A stretch of 59,623 bases of DNA, the filler included, from Porpidia crustulata (taxonomy: Eukaryota): the NCBI GenBank assembly GCA_964255105.1. It is 11 parts of 11 records of this genome, joined end to end, with 100 filler letters (N's around TTAATTAATTAA, not from the genome) between each part and the next. Parts side by side here need not be neighbours in the genome. Positions count along the whole stretch, not along the records: positions 10,892 to 16,229 come from CAXUWE010001839.1; positions 16,330 to 21,665 come from CAXUWE010001840.1; positions 21,766 to 27,099 come from CAXUWE010001841.1; 8 more parts are not named here. The stretch is one strand, 5' to 3'. The translations under genes were made by a program, and so were the position numbers. How positions within the stretch are numbered: position 1 is the first letter of the stretch; every line of letters starts with the position of its first letter. Positions 13,147-25,267 of this stretch are shown piece by piece. A model generated the notes under the pieces. It searched no databases. It was not told the origin of the DNA and was given only the letters and a program-made list of their open reading frames with translations.

Positions 13147-13771
13147 TCTCTGCTAGCGTCCCCAGCCCCATGTGGCGGAGATTGCCAATTGACCCCCTAA
13201 TCCCAATATAACGACGCTCATAAAGACCACGAAAGCTTTCCAAGCATAAGGACATCTGCTGATCAACAATACGATTCCCTTCGCAAAACAGCGATTTCAT
13301 ATACCCCGATAGTTCCCATATCTATTAGGCGCCATAGCACCTCACCGCCCAGACCGCCGCGCACGCCACCAATTGACCTTGATCCCCAATGAGAACCGTC
13401 GTATATCCCCGTACTCCAAACCGCCGCAAAACCCCCCCAAATAGCCTACTTAAAATCGTATGCATCTTCGGAGATTTAGATAGCATGTCCTTTAGCACAA
13501 GGTAGGCAAAGACCCAAGCTTCGAGATCTAGAGGCCTTTTGAGCTGGCGGAGCATGTGCCTGTAGAACGAGAATCTGTCGATGGTGTTTTATTATCAAGG
13601 TCTGAGATCTGAGGGGGTTTTGTTCGATGGATTCTCATATTTCCCATGGTATCGGGACATGGAGCTAGATGAATCGCAGAAGTATATGATCCTTAACCCA
13701 GAGAACCGTCATCCCTTGACATGTGAACAAACCCTTCGCACCATAAAAACGCCCGCACCAAAGAAAAAATG

Positions 13772-14671
13772 TCAGAATGCAGCCTGGAGCAAATCCGACG
13801 TCGCACCCCCCAACGAATCCGCGAACCGTTGCTTCTCGTCCCCTTGCGTCTTCTTGTACAGCACAAAATGTGCGATCGCAAACACGACCTTCACGGCCAC
13901 CTCGATGATGGATACGATCCACGAATTTGACTGCGTGGACGTTAGTACTCATAATCCACCCAAAGAAATCACAAGACCAACCTGAACTTTACACAGCCCG
14001 TCGAAATTCAGCTGCGGGAAATCCGACTGGATGCTATCCGCCGTGGGCCCGCACGACCAGCCCCAAAGGTCATTGTTCACATTATGCAGGCCTTTTTCAT
14101 ATCGATACAACGTCGTCAGGACGAACCAAGCGCCGATATGTATGGCGTAATTCAGCACTGTGACCTTCCAGCTCCGCCGGCGGTTCCAGCAGCAGCAGTA
14201 CGTCATCAACGTGATCGAAGATGTCGCGAGCGTCACGCCGGAGCCCGTGAGCAGCATGAGCGTGGGCCAAATTTTGGCGTTTTGGGGCCACGCGGTCGTG
14301 GCCGCCTGGACGCCAGCTTTGGCGTCATGGGCGAGGTTTTTGGTGTGTTGGTATCTGAAGAGGACGAAGACCATGATAGCGAACATGACGGTGCTGAAGA
14401 GGGTACTGAGGATTTTGGAGAGGACGCGGAGGATGCGGAGCCAGCGTTTGAATTTTTCGAGGCGTTGTGCTCTTAGGCGGTTGAAGGGGCGGCCTCCACC
14501 TGGATTTGATGCTTTTTGTGGTGGGGCGTAGCCGATGGGGCTTACGGGTTCTTCGATGGGTGCGAGAGGGGTGTTGTAGCTGGGATTGATGGGATGCATC
14601 TGGTAGGTGGTTTGCTGTTGCGGATGAGGAGGAAGGTGGGTTTCCGGCTGGAAGTAGGAGGAGGCGGCCAT
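13772..14671 (-). CDS. Four-TM (MARVEL-like) membrane protein (exons 14671-13982, 13930-13772)
   Basis: Hydrophobic helices plus AWP...WPT and DLWGWSC...C motifs. The intron GTTGGT..TACTAAC..CGCAG gives an in-frame last exon SNSWIVSIIE...QAAF*. Confidence 0.75.
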
Positions 14672-15749
14672 TATTGATGGATGAGATGGGATGGATAACA
14701 GAATTAAATTAATGAAGCTTCAGATATTCGAACAAAACTGGAATATTAACGTATGGGACCAGATATCAACGCGCAGAAAATTAAAGACCAGAAATATTTC
14801 TCAAGGATTCAATTGTACTCTAGAACTGAAGCAGCGGCGAAACCACATCATTGAAGAGGCGAGGCCCAGCAGGAGATCCAAAGGTGATTAAGTAAACATC
14901 AGTATCCCAGGCTGATCTTACAGTTTCCACCATATCTCCAGCTCCTACCCTAGCGCTGATTTGTGGCAGCATTTTCACCGGCGCCACTTCATCCTCTGTG
15001 GCTTCCCCCACAGTGACGTTCCACAAAACCTAGCATGTATTCCACGTTTTCGCAGGGCTTGACTCCGTATTGATCTAGGCTAAACAGACGACGAGTCGGT
15101 GAGTGCTCCGTAGTGCTGAAGTCGGCTGGATTCTAGTTGGCGGAGAAGGGAAATCGAAGAATAGGTCCCAATTTAGCCGCTTAGTAATCGTACTACCCTA
15201 GCGCGATCAGATAAATCCTCCTAAAATCAAGCGTCTCGTAACCATGACTGTACCTCCCCAAAAAGCGCACACTCATCAATCTGCATACCCTCTCCCATGA
15301 TCTAGAACACACTTGGACTGACGAGAGACTGCTCGACACGGATTATGACGACTCGGCTACGAGCGAGTCTGCAGCACGCGCCACAGATGATCCTAACGGT
15401 ATGATGGGCCTGGATGCGATACCCTGGGAGCTGTGTCGCTGCGGCTGTAGGATGTCAAGAGGTTTAGGGGAGGTCTTGGTGTAGCTAGGAACAAGTCTGA
15501 TGGATACAGAGGCGTGTGGAATTGACATTTCCAACCGTATTTTTGACAGCCTTTGCAAGAACATTTTGATTCTGAAGATCTTCTGATAGCCGTAGGCCCC
15601 AGATATGAGGAACTCAAGTGTTTGCAGCGGCTCTACACTGCACTCTTCAGCCTGCGTATATACATTCCTCTCAATTCGCACGTCTCAATTTCATGCTCTC
15701 TATCATCATTCGTTCGAATTCCCTAGTCTCCTCGTATCACTCATACCTA

Positions 15750-16229
15750 CTATTCGACTTCTCGCCGTCCACCCTGGCCCCCCTGAAGCGGCCTCGGAGA
15801 ACCTTGGCCGGGCATTGGAGCACTATTCTGCATAGGCTGGCTCTGTCCATTGCCAGCTGGTCCGTTTTGTCTGAATGGAATGTTTTGGCCTTGGGGCATA
15901 CCTTGCCCGTTCTGAGGCGCCATGTTAGGCCTTGATACGTTCTGGTTCGGCTGCGTATTCTGAGAGTTCTGAGAAATTTGACCTGGTATATTATTTGGCC
16001 TTGGTGATAGCTTTTGATTGAGCGGCATGTTTTGGTTTTGCGATGTGTTTGGTCCTAACCTTGGCGGCTGATTTTGCATGTTCGATATCTGTGGTGGTGG
16101 TGTATTTTGTATTGGCTGTTGAGGTATGTTCGGCCCACTCGAGGGACGAGTCGATGGCGGCGTGCTCTGAGGAAAAGCACCAGGAAATCCAGGTTGCGGT
16201 TGTTGATTGTTTTGGATTGAAAGCCCAGC
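15750..16229 (-). CDS. 3' end of a gene with a Q/N/P/G-rich low-complexity C-terminus; 5' part missing
   Basis: Frame is open from the contig edge (AGLSIQNNQQPQPGFPGAFPQ...) through to TAG at 15750. Confidence 0.65.
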   Translation of the reverse strand, partial: AGLSIQNNQQPQPGFPGAFPQSTPPSTRPSSGPNIPQQPIQNTPPPQISNMQNQPPRLGPNTSQNQNMPLNQKLSPRPNNIPGQISQNSQNTQPNQNVSRPNMAPQNGQGMPQGQNIPFRQNGPAGNGQSQPMQNSAPMPGQGSPRPLQGGQGGRREVE

Positions 16230-16329
16230 NNNNNNNNNNNNNNNNNNNNNNNNNNNNNNNNNNNNNNNNNNNNTTAATTAATTAANNNNNNNNNNNNNNN
16301 NNNNNNNNNNNNNNNNNNNNNNNNNNNNN
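16230..16329. other. Artificial contig spacer
   Basis: N44-TTAATTAATTAA-N44. Confidence 0.99.
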
Positions 16330-16812
16330 GAATAACACGGCGCTTTCTGGGCGTTTTGGGTGGAGCTCCACGTAGCCTCCGCCAGGCGGGTTGGCTTTTT
16401 TGCAAAAGCGAGACAGGGCGTACGCGAGATCGAAGACGAGGTCGAGTCTCGAGGTCAGCGTGTCGCCGGTGTTCATCCACAGGTGGAATTCGCATTGCCC
16501 GCGCTGCCACGCGTAAGGGCCGGTGTAGTTCCCTCCTTGCCCGAACAAGAAGGTCTCGCTGAAAACTGGATCGTCCTTGAAGGCGTTCGCGAGTGCCAAA
16601 CAGTCCCGAGAGTCTGGCGGGTTGTTGGTCCTGTAGCAGCCGAACTTATTGGAAGTCAGGTTAAAGGAGTGGTCGAGGTTGTTCGTGGACGGCGTAAGAG
16701 AGAGCGCGGAAGGGTCGGTGGTGCCATTGTCGGCGATGGGTCCTGCGGGCGAAGTGTGGACAAGAGGGTTCAAAGAGAGCAAGAAGACGAGAGCTAAAAC
16801 GAGACATGACAT
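16330..16812 (-). CDS. Small secreted cysteine-containing protein (effector-like); extreme 3' end cut
   Basis: Hydrophobic N-terminal signal-like peptide, four Cys in the mature part (FGCY, RDCL, GQCE, RFCK) followed by GGG, and several N-x-T sequons. Confidence 0.75.
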
Positions 16813-17653
16813 GACTCTCGGAGAGTATCGCGAGTCGGGCCTTGTGCAAATCCCCCGCTCTTTATATTTTCCTTCTTTCTGCGCTTCAACGTCGCCTCTA
16901 TTTTGGACGCTTCCGCTTTGTGCGGGTGCCTGCCAACCAGCTCTTGAGCCGACATCCTTGCGCGATTTCTACAAGGCATGCTGATGATTGCAATAGAACG
17001 CACATTGGAAGAAAGAAGACTAGTCTGCGACGATGTAAAAGCCCATGAATCAATCGAGATCCCGCTCGTGCTGTACGAGAATTTCAGAAGGCTCGAAATG
17101 GAAAATAAGGCCTAAAAAGGTCGGAAGGAAATTCAAAGACATCAATTAGAAAGACAGTCGCAACCTGCACTTCAATTCTGTAATCGATATGCTTTTTGCA
17201 GACTTCCAAAATATCGACTGAAATTGGTCGGTTGAGACTTGTGAGCAAATTCCATGCGCCACCAGGGCAATGACTCACCTATCGCCTCGATGGATCCAAA
17301 GTGTGATGCAACATGTCTTGGAGCTGATATTGAATCGCCAGTATCGTCCTCGACGTGTTGGCATTTTCCAAGTATGCAGAAGTAGCAGAAAATCACATGA
17401 AACATGGTGTAGAATGAAATGAAATCACAATCGTCCCTAGTCCAACTACCTGTATACGGGTCAAGATATAACACCACTGGATATTTCACAGTTCCTGATT
17501 CCCCAGAGAGAGCCATCCTACATTGGTAAACTCCCAACGCCAAATACGCCTTGACTCATGCTTTGTACCAGAGTATATGCCGCAATTCCAAGGACATCGA
17601 AAGGCAAAACATGGGCCTTCGTGCCATATAAGATAGGCAATACAAGAAATGGC

Positions 17654-18849
17654 TTATTCATTGTAATGGTATACCTAGATCAGATGGTTAATAGCACGCT
17701 CGGTTACATACTCTCGGAAGGAAGTCACCATCAACTTACGAAATAATGTGGCAATCCCCAGCATCCCCATCCTAATCTCCTTGCCATCTTGGCAAATCCT
17801 TCCGTTTCCATCAAATGATAAAATGCAAAGGGTGGAAACATTGCTCCATCGCGGTGGACTTCGGCTTTTACTAGTAATGCAGTCCCTCCAACGCCATCAA
17901 GTTGAATTTCATGCCTTTGGTCTCGATCTTCGGACGTGTCCGCCGTCATGGCCATGAGTGTTCGATACGTGGCCATATCAGCGTATCCTTCTAGGAGAAT
18001 TTCGTCAGGCGCCATCTTGGATGCTAACTTCGCTGCCGCCTGGCTGTCTTGCCATGAGTTATAGTCGTAGGGCCTCACGTCTTTCTTGCCTTCATCATTT
18101 ATGTAGCGCTGGAAGCAATTTGGTACAACAACAGGTTTGTCATGGGATGCCAGATCCTGTATGAGGGTGGGTGGTGTTTCCACGATATCCGAATCCAACC
18201 ATAGAACCCAGGAGGTGTAAGGTCCAATGGTGGTAAATAGGAGAGAGTTCCGAGCTCGAGACATGGCGGACCGTCGCGCCCGCTGGTTCTCTTTCTTATG
18301 CCTTTCTGGTTCATCTTGCGATTGTATAGGAGGGTCGAAATCCTGACGTAAAATGGTAATGCTTGCAAATCGCTTGGCTTCTGGGCCGGACTGAGTAATG
18401 GCAATAGCGCTTTGGAGGGCAGCGGTCGCTGCGTTTCCTTCTCGGGTTTTGGGTATGATGAATCCTAGAGCAATAAGGGAGTGTGGATAGCTAAGCGCGA
18501 CTAGATTATCCCAGTAACCTTGATAGAAGCGGGCAAGCGGGGTGAGGATAAGAACGCTCTCCTGGTTTGCAATTGGGTCTATGGTAGTCGTGACATTGTT
18601 GAGGTGATAATGCACAACAGGTGGGGGAACTCTTTCGCCGTTTCCTCGCAAAGCCGATTTCTTAAAGGGTGTCGTTGGCGGTGAAAGAGGATGCTCAGCG
18701 GCAGAATTGAACTTTTTCCTTGCCGTTGAAACAGCAGCAGTGCTTGATGCCGATGGAGAGAGGACAAATACGAGGAACCCAAATGCTAGCAGGACCGCAA
18801 GCACCAGTGTTGTAGGATTTGTCCGTCGTATTGCCCTTGGCAGTGCCAT
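17654..18849 (-). CDS. MNN9: Mannan polymerase subunit Mnn9 (Anp1/GT62 family); exons 18849-17740, 17674-17654
   Basis: Type II TM anchor, VLILTPLARF, WVLWLDSDIVETPPTLIQDL (DxD), ETEGFAKMA; the spliced last exon gives VYHYNE*. Confidence 0.9.
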
Positions 18850-19463
18850 TACAGCCAGGGTAGGGGGATTTCTGGCTTCTTCTCGAATCGAAATCAATGA
18901 GTTGTCCGAGTGGGCGGTGGTAGACCTCACAAGATCATACTGTGTGAAGTACTACCATGTATAAATGGCAGTAAAATCGAGGATTGCTGAGACGTAGAAA
19001 TAGATTTCTGCTTGTTACTCGGTGACTTGAGTTACGACAAAATTCATGGATGGCGTCTCCTGGTCGAGGAGGCTAAGCCTAATCAGCTCAAGGGAAACAT
19101 CGACGGAAGCTAATGAACTAAGACGCTAAGCGATTTCGGGAGCGATCCTTTCGGATCTTTCTGTCCGCCATCAAGTGGTCAGAACGTCAAAACAATTACT
19201 TTGTTAAATTCACCTGGCTCTATCCTTCTGAAGATCTACTGGCATATTACGAATTGGTACTTCTTGATAGTGGACTTCTGCATGATCGTTGTGCTCCCGA
19301 TGACTTGCTGAAATGAGTTCATCAATTCTTCCGGAAGCCCTACGACCAGGAAATCATTGCACTCAGAACATTTTGGCGTGAGAAAGTACATTTGGAGTGG
19401 GGTATCACACAATATATACAGACACCAAAAGGGAACGCCCAGTCCATCGATGAAGATCACCTC

Positions 19464-20655
19464 TTAATCTGGCAAACCCCTCATGACCCCCTCAAACGCC
19501 ACCAGTGCAACCGCATTGGCGGGAAACGCTCTCAATATGCATGGTCCGAAACCCCTCCAGAACCCTTTAGCACCATCTCTTCTCCAGACTGCCCTCGCAG
19601 CATCCTTCCATCTGTAGAAATTCCTCTCTCCATCTCCTAGCATTCTCCCTCCAAGTGGGTCGGTCATAATACGTTGCTTGACGACATCAGAAGGGTACGA
19701 GGTAATCCAAAAGATCTGCGCTGAAAGTCCCCCAGCCCAGAAATTTATGGCGGGCGTAGAAAGAGACGTATGTGCCGACAAGAAATCGGTCAAGACGGCA
19801 TAGGAGCCCCACCAGAAGAAGAAAAAGGATCGAAAGAGGAGTGTGGCTGATAATCCGTGATATAAGCCTCGGGCTCCATGGGCACGGTATATCTGGCGAG
19901 TGCAGTCAATGGGGCCTGTGTATTGGCGTTTGGATTTGTCTACGGCATATTGAATCTGCAGACGGGCTTTGATGTGTTCGACAGGCGCGGCGATGAGGGA
20001 GACGGTCCAGCCAGCCATAACGCCGGCAATACCGTGGCCGATCGTGGGAAGCTTGGTCGAAGCTTGCTGGACGGAGACTTCGAGCTTTCGGACGTTATTG
20101 GGGGTGAAGGCCAGGACGGTAGGATTGGAGAAAAAGTTGTCGTGGAGGATGCGACGATAGAAGGTGAGGGAGCCAAGCATTCTACGGGTTCGAATGTAAG
20201 ATATGGTGCTCACACTAGAATACTCCATGCTTACACCGAATCCATAAACATCCAGCCTACAAGAGGAGGCGTTGCTCCTTTGTATAGCCCCTTAATGCCC
20301 TCTCTCCGTAGTGTCTGCATCACGCAATGGAGTGGCCCTCTAAATTGAGATTTGTCGGTGGTTTGTAGTCGGACTTTTATCGTATCGAAGCTGGTTCTTG
20401 TCATTGCTGAGCCCTAGGAAATGGGATAGAGGTAAGGCATACGGATGTCCCACTGGTAATGTTTAGCAAGAGGATCGAGTACAGATGGAATTCGGGTATA
20501 CCAGTCAACTTCGAAACACCTGAGAAAACACCCGCGACGAAGCCCTTGTAATTCTTGTGAGCTGCACTTCTGGCAGGCTGGCCCTGCCCGAGAGACTCAT
20601 TCCCTGCATTTTTGCTGTCCGGGTTGACAATAGCAGTATCTGCTACTGCGGACAT
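19464..20655 (-). CDS. Mitochondrial carrier family protein, YMC1/2-like (exons 20655-20502, 20452-20443, 20390-20235, 20181-19464)
   Basis: Three Px[DE]xxK signatures: GHPFDTIKVRLQ, APVEHIKARLQ and YPSDVVKQRIM; also RAFPANA. Confidence 0.92.
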
Positions 20656-21082
20656 GAGCCACTGAGGAATGAAATAAATGAAGACCGGATGTCGCTATAT
20701 TTCAGAAAGATAATAGGTGTATCCTCGCTTCCATGTTCGCAGCACGGACAGTAACAATGCTGGGATCACACATGTTTGGAAAGGGAAATAAATCAATTGG
20801 TAACAGGCCCAGATGTACCGGGATGTTGCTGAAAGTCAACGATGTCATCGGCGCGCCTCGGGAGATCGACAAGTTCGCGTTCGAAGACTCTTCGACCGCT
20901 AAGTCCGGTGCCTCCATAAAAGTTATATTCGCGCATCAGGTTTGGTGGGGTATTGATGCGAAAGAATCTTCAAAGAGGTAAACTCTGTATACCCCTCATT
21001 ATTGCTACACTCCCAGTTCAGCTCCTTTTCAAGTCATCCACCTTCTATCTACCACCGGAAAGAATCCGAAAAGCTGCTGACA

Positions 21083-21665
21083 ATGTCCGAGTCGACTAAC
21101 CCCGACCCCACTCGGGTAGTTGCCTCGAAGAAAGGTAGCTCAGTGATTTTGCGTCTTGTCTGCTGCAGACACTGATGCGTCAAAGTATGGACGACGCTCA
21201 TCACAAACACAAAGTACCTCTCAGGTCTCCTCACTCTCGACTACTCGCTCAAGAAGCATGGATCTAAATACCCGCTAATTGCCCTCTACACCGACACTTT
21301 TCCTGCGGAGGGCCATGAAGCGCTCGACCTTAGGAAGATCCCAAAGAAGCGTGTCAACTATCTTCTACCTTCCGTACACAAGGACTACAGTAACGATACG
21401 AGGTTCTACGATTGCTGGAGCAAACTCACCCCGTTCTCGCTTTCCGAGTATGACAGGGTCGTGCAGCTAGACAGCGACATGCTGGTCCTCAAGAACATGG
21501 ACGAACTCATGGACATCGAACTGGACCCCCCGAGCAGCAACGGGTCCGGAAATAGAGTATTCGCAGCAAGTCATGCCTGCGTCTGCAACCCACTCAAGAA
21601 ATCTCACTACCCCAAAGACTGGTCCGTCGTTTTCCCAAGCACCACACCCCCGCGCCCCTCTCACA
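21083..21665 (+). CDS. Glycosyltransferase family 8 protein; 3' part cut by contig end
   Basis: Exons 21083-21134 and 21186-21621 give VWTTLITNTKYLSGLLTL...WSKL...EYDRVVQLDSDMLV (DxD)...HACVCNP. Confidence 0.9.
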
Positions 21666-21765
21666 NNNNNNNNNNNNNNNNNNNNNNNNNNNNNNNNNNN
21701 NNNNNNNNNTTAATTAATTAANNNNNNNNNNNNNNNNNNNNNNNNNNNNNNNNNNNNNNNNNNNN
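21666..21765. other. Artificial contig spacer
   Basis: N44-TTAATTAATTAA-N44. Confidence 0.99.
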
Positions 21766-21949
21766 TTTTTGGAGGGTCCTGTGGAGGAGGGGAAAGCAAA
21801 AGAGGAAGGGAAGGCGGCGCAAAGAAAAGGCGAGGAGGGAACGAAGAGTCAAACAAAGATTTCGGGGGGAACGACAATGGTACAGATTGGAAAAAAGGAC
21901 TGACGATGTGGAGCGGGCACCATTCAATCTTCTCGGTTCAACAACATCT

Positions 21950-23130
21950 TCAGCCCCAAGCCCATACACCCCACCAGCATCTTACTTCCAGCCTCTCGGC
22001 CCCGTTCACCCAGTCGTCAAACCCGCTCTCCTCACCCTGCGCTTTGATACAAAGGCCTAGCTGCTCCATCCTACTCTTCAGATCCTCGATTTCAGGCCCA
22101 TATGCCTCCCGCAACGTCAATTCGATGATCACTCGCGCCTCCTCTTCTCGCGATAAAAATTCTTCTATCGTCTGAACCAACCATGGTGGATGTTGGGGAG
22201 AGTAGAGCGGGTCGGCGGCTAAAATTATGTCATACCCGGCCCCCTCCTTGACAACCGATGGGGGGATAGACCAGTCTAAAACGCCAATGCTTGCACTTCC
22301 ACCACTAGGATCAAATAATAGCTCATTGGAGTGGACGTTGAGGGCAAGATTAGGGACAATATCCGGCAGATCTGTGAGGTGGACATGCGCACGGAACAAG
22401 GTCGCAGCAGCTATGCCAACAAGGCCGGTTCCAGCGCCAAGTTCAAGAATGCGCACCCTTTTGGTACTCAAGTCAGTGGACGGAGTGCCCAAGGACGGGC
22501 CGAAGGCTGGCAGACTTGGAAGAAGCCGAGGAAGACGTTTTGCGAGGAGATAAGAGGCTAGCCAGGTTTTGTGACCGAGATTGTCAGCGGTAAGAGATGG
22601 CTCATGGAGGGTTATCGATATCGTGTGGGCAGTATTTGATGGTAGTGATCCAGATTTTGGGATACTGAAGGTCCGGGAAGCTGAAGGAGTGGCTGTTCGT
22701 TCATCGTTATATTAATACAACGTCCATCAAATTGGTAACAAAGAATCACCTGTACGTCCAGATCTTTCACTCAACCTCTTTCCGGCAGCCTCCCATATCC
22801 GCTCCTTGACGCACAAATCCACTATCCATGCTAGTGGACTGGCAATAATACCGGTCAGGTACTTGGGCACACCATCTCCAACGAGTCTACTGCCCTCATC
22901 CTCTCGGGAGTCTTCTGTAGAGTTCCATGAAACGGGCTTGATAGCTAAATTGTCAAGAGTCAATAGTAGCTCTGTGGCTGATGGGCGAGTATATAACTGA
23001 GGTAGGTCAAGGGCTAAAGATATAAACCTTCTTCAGTGTCAGCGTGATAAAATTGATCAATTACAAGGGACTTAATAAACTTACCATTCACAAGTTCTCC
23101 ACTGTGTAATGGAGAATTAAAGCCTTTCAT
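21950..23130 (-). CDS. SAM-dependent protein-lysine methyltransferase, EFM2/RRG1-like (exons about 23130-23085, 23013-22750, 22692-21950)
   Basis: LPQLYTRPSA, LSERSGRTA, LHEPSLTADNLGHKTW, ILELGAGTGLVG (motif I), LTDLP, LDW and IILAADPLY. Confidence 0.88.
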
Positions 23131-23305
23131 TTTGCAGATGTGTAGTGTGCACTTCTCTTAATAGATTTGCGTAGAGCTCAGGTCTTACGAGATGTGGGTA
23201 GAGTTGGGGACAGGACACGAGAGCCGTCCTACATTCAAGCACGCTGTATGACATTCAATATCCAGACCCGAGCTTTCCAGCTACATTTGATTATCAGCAC
23301 TCAAG

Positions 23306-24660
23306 ATGATTGCAAGACAAGCTTTTCGCTCGGTCCAGCCATTAAAGCATGTAAGCTACCTCCTCAGCTAAGCTTCATTCTCTGTAATTCAGGTATCATA
23401 TCAGATACGCCGAGGATCCAAGGTATCTTTTATTCGCCTGCTGACAAGATATCTTCATAGAGCGTCCGCCGGTATGCGACCGAGGGTCCTTCTTCCGGGG
23501 GTAGCAGCAGCAGATATGGCGTTGTAGCTGCTGTCGGCGCGGTAGCTGCAGCTGGTGGCTACTACTACAGCACTCAAATGGGCGGTGGCGTGACTCTTCC
23601 CACAGCGGCACCAATAAGTTCGATGGCCGACTCGGACACACAGAACAAAGGAAAGCCAGCGAATTCGGCATTTCTCGGTGGAGATCAAGGATGGATCGAT
23701 CTGAAGCTTGAAAGGGTGGAGGAACTCAATCACAATACGAAGAAATTCAGATTTGCCTTGCCTAAAGAGGATGATGTTTCTGGATTACAGATTGCATGTA
23801 CGTCCAGCATTGTAAACTGAAATTGGCTTCTCGGGAACCTATGACTGACCACTTTTGCAGCTGCCGTTCTTACCAAATTCAAGGGCCCTGGGATGGAGAA
23901 GGTAAAAATCAGCTATCTACTATAACCAAATGGTCTGACACTTCTCAAGCCAGCAATACGACCATATACACCAACAAGTGACGAAGGTTTGTTCCGCTTG
24001 AAGGTTTCACCCTGATTTGATGCACTGCTGACATCCACGAAGATGCTCGAGGACACATTGATTTCGTGATCAAGAAATATCCTGATGGCCCGATGTCGTC
24101 ACATTTTCATGAGATGAAGCTGGACCAGCGCATGGACTTTAAGGGACCAATTCCGAAATACCCATGGCAACCAAATAAACACAATCATATTTGCCTGATT
24201 GCTGGTGGGACCGGGATCACTCCGTGTGTATAAGACTTTCCTTTGTGAGACGGGAATCTAACATGAAAGTAGCATGTATCAGCTGTGCCGCGCAATCTTC
24301 AAGAACCCAGAAGACAAGACCAAGGTTACGCTTGTTTTTGGAAATGTCACCGAGCAGGACATTCTATTAAAGCACGAATTGGAGGACCTCGAAAACCAAT
24401 ACCCCCAGCGCTTTAGAGCGTTTCATGTGCTTAACACACCTCCTGATAGCTGGACTCAAGGCAAAGGCTTCATCAGCCAAGAGTTATTGAAGACCGTACT
24501 CCCAGAACCCAAAACGGAGAACATCAAGATATTTGTGTGTGGACCACCAGGACTATACAAAGCTATCAGCGGAGCGAAGAATAGCCCTTCGGACCAAGGT
24601 GAACTATCTGGCACGCTTAAGGCCTTGGGATACAGTCAAGATCAGGTTTACAAATTTTAG
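23306..24660 (+). CDS. MCR1: Mitochondrial NADH-cytochrome b5 reductase (6 exons)
   Basis: Presequence-like [23 protein letters not shown] and a TM anchor; after splicing, [24 protein letters not shown] and FVCGPPG. Confidence 0.92.
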
Positions 24661-25267
24661 ACATCAGATGCGCATGAAGAACCTTTTTATGTATATTGTC
24701 GTCACGTACGTATAGATGATCGAGCAATTATGTATCTTGGCGGCTGAGCACTTATTAACTTTCTCTGACTGAGAATACATTCTGTGTTATTTCTTCATTT
24801 CACCTGCTTTCATTCGTGAATTCTCTATACTTGAAAATGCCTCGACGATTGCCTTCACTGGATGCGTTGTCGCCAAGTGTCATCGGTAAGGTACGGTAAG
24901 TAAAACTCTGATCCTACCACGCGGTTGAAAGAAAAATGCAAATGGATTTCTTCAACAGCGTGCCTACGTTAAGCGACGACTGCCGAGAGATCCAAAGATT
25001 TATCCGGCACTAACCTGATAAGCTTATTTGTCCCTGACCGGCAATAACGGATGTTAGGGTCTTGAAGGGGCCATCGACGTCAGACCACTCAGTCTCTGCT
25101 GTGAGAAAGACGCCTTGCACTAAAGCATTTCTCTACTATCATCAAAACTTTGTTGATAGCGTGAAGAGTCATGGCCTTAATATATCAAGGCGATATCCCG
25201 CCATGTGTGTATCTCACTTTCCTTTTACTGATATACAACAACTATCACACATTAATTCCCTGGCGCA

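Noticed and set aside
15206..15214. ATCAGATAA matching the SreA iron-repressor consensus (also at 29207-29215)
   Set aside because: About one match is expected by chance in 60 kb on two strands, and neither neighbour is an iron-uptake gene.
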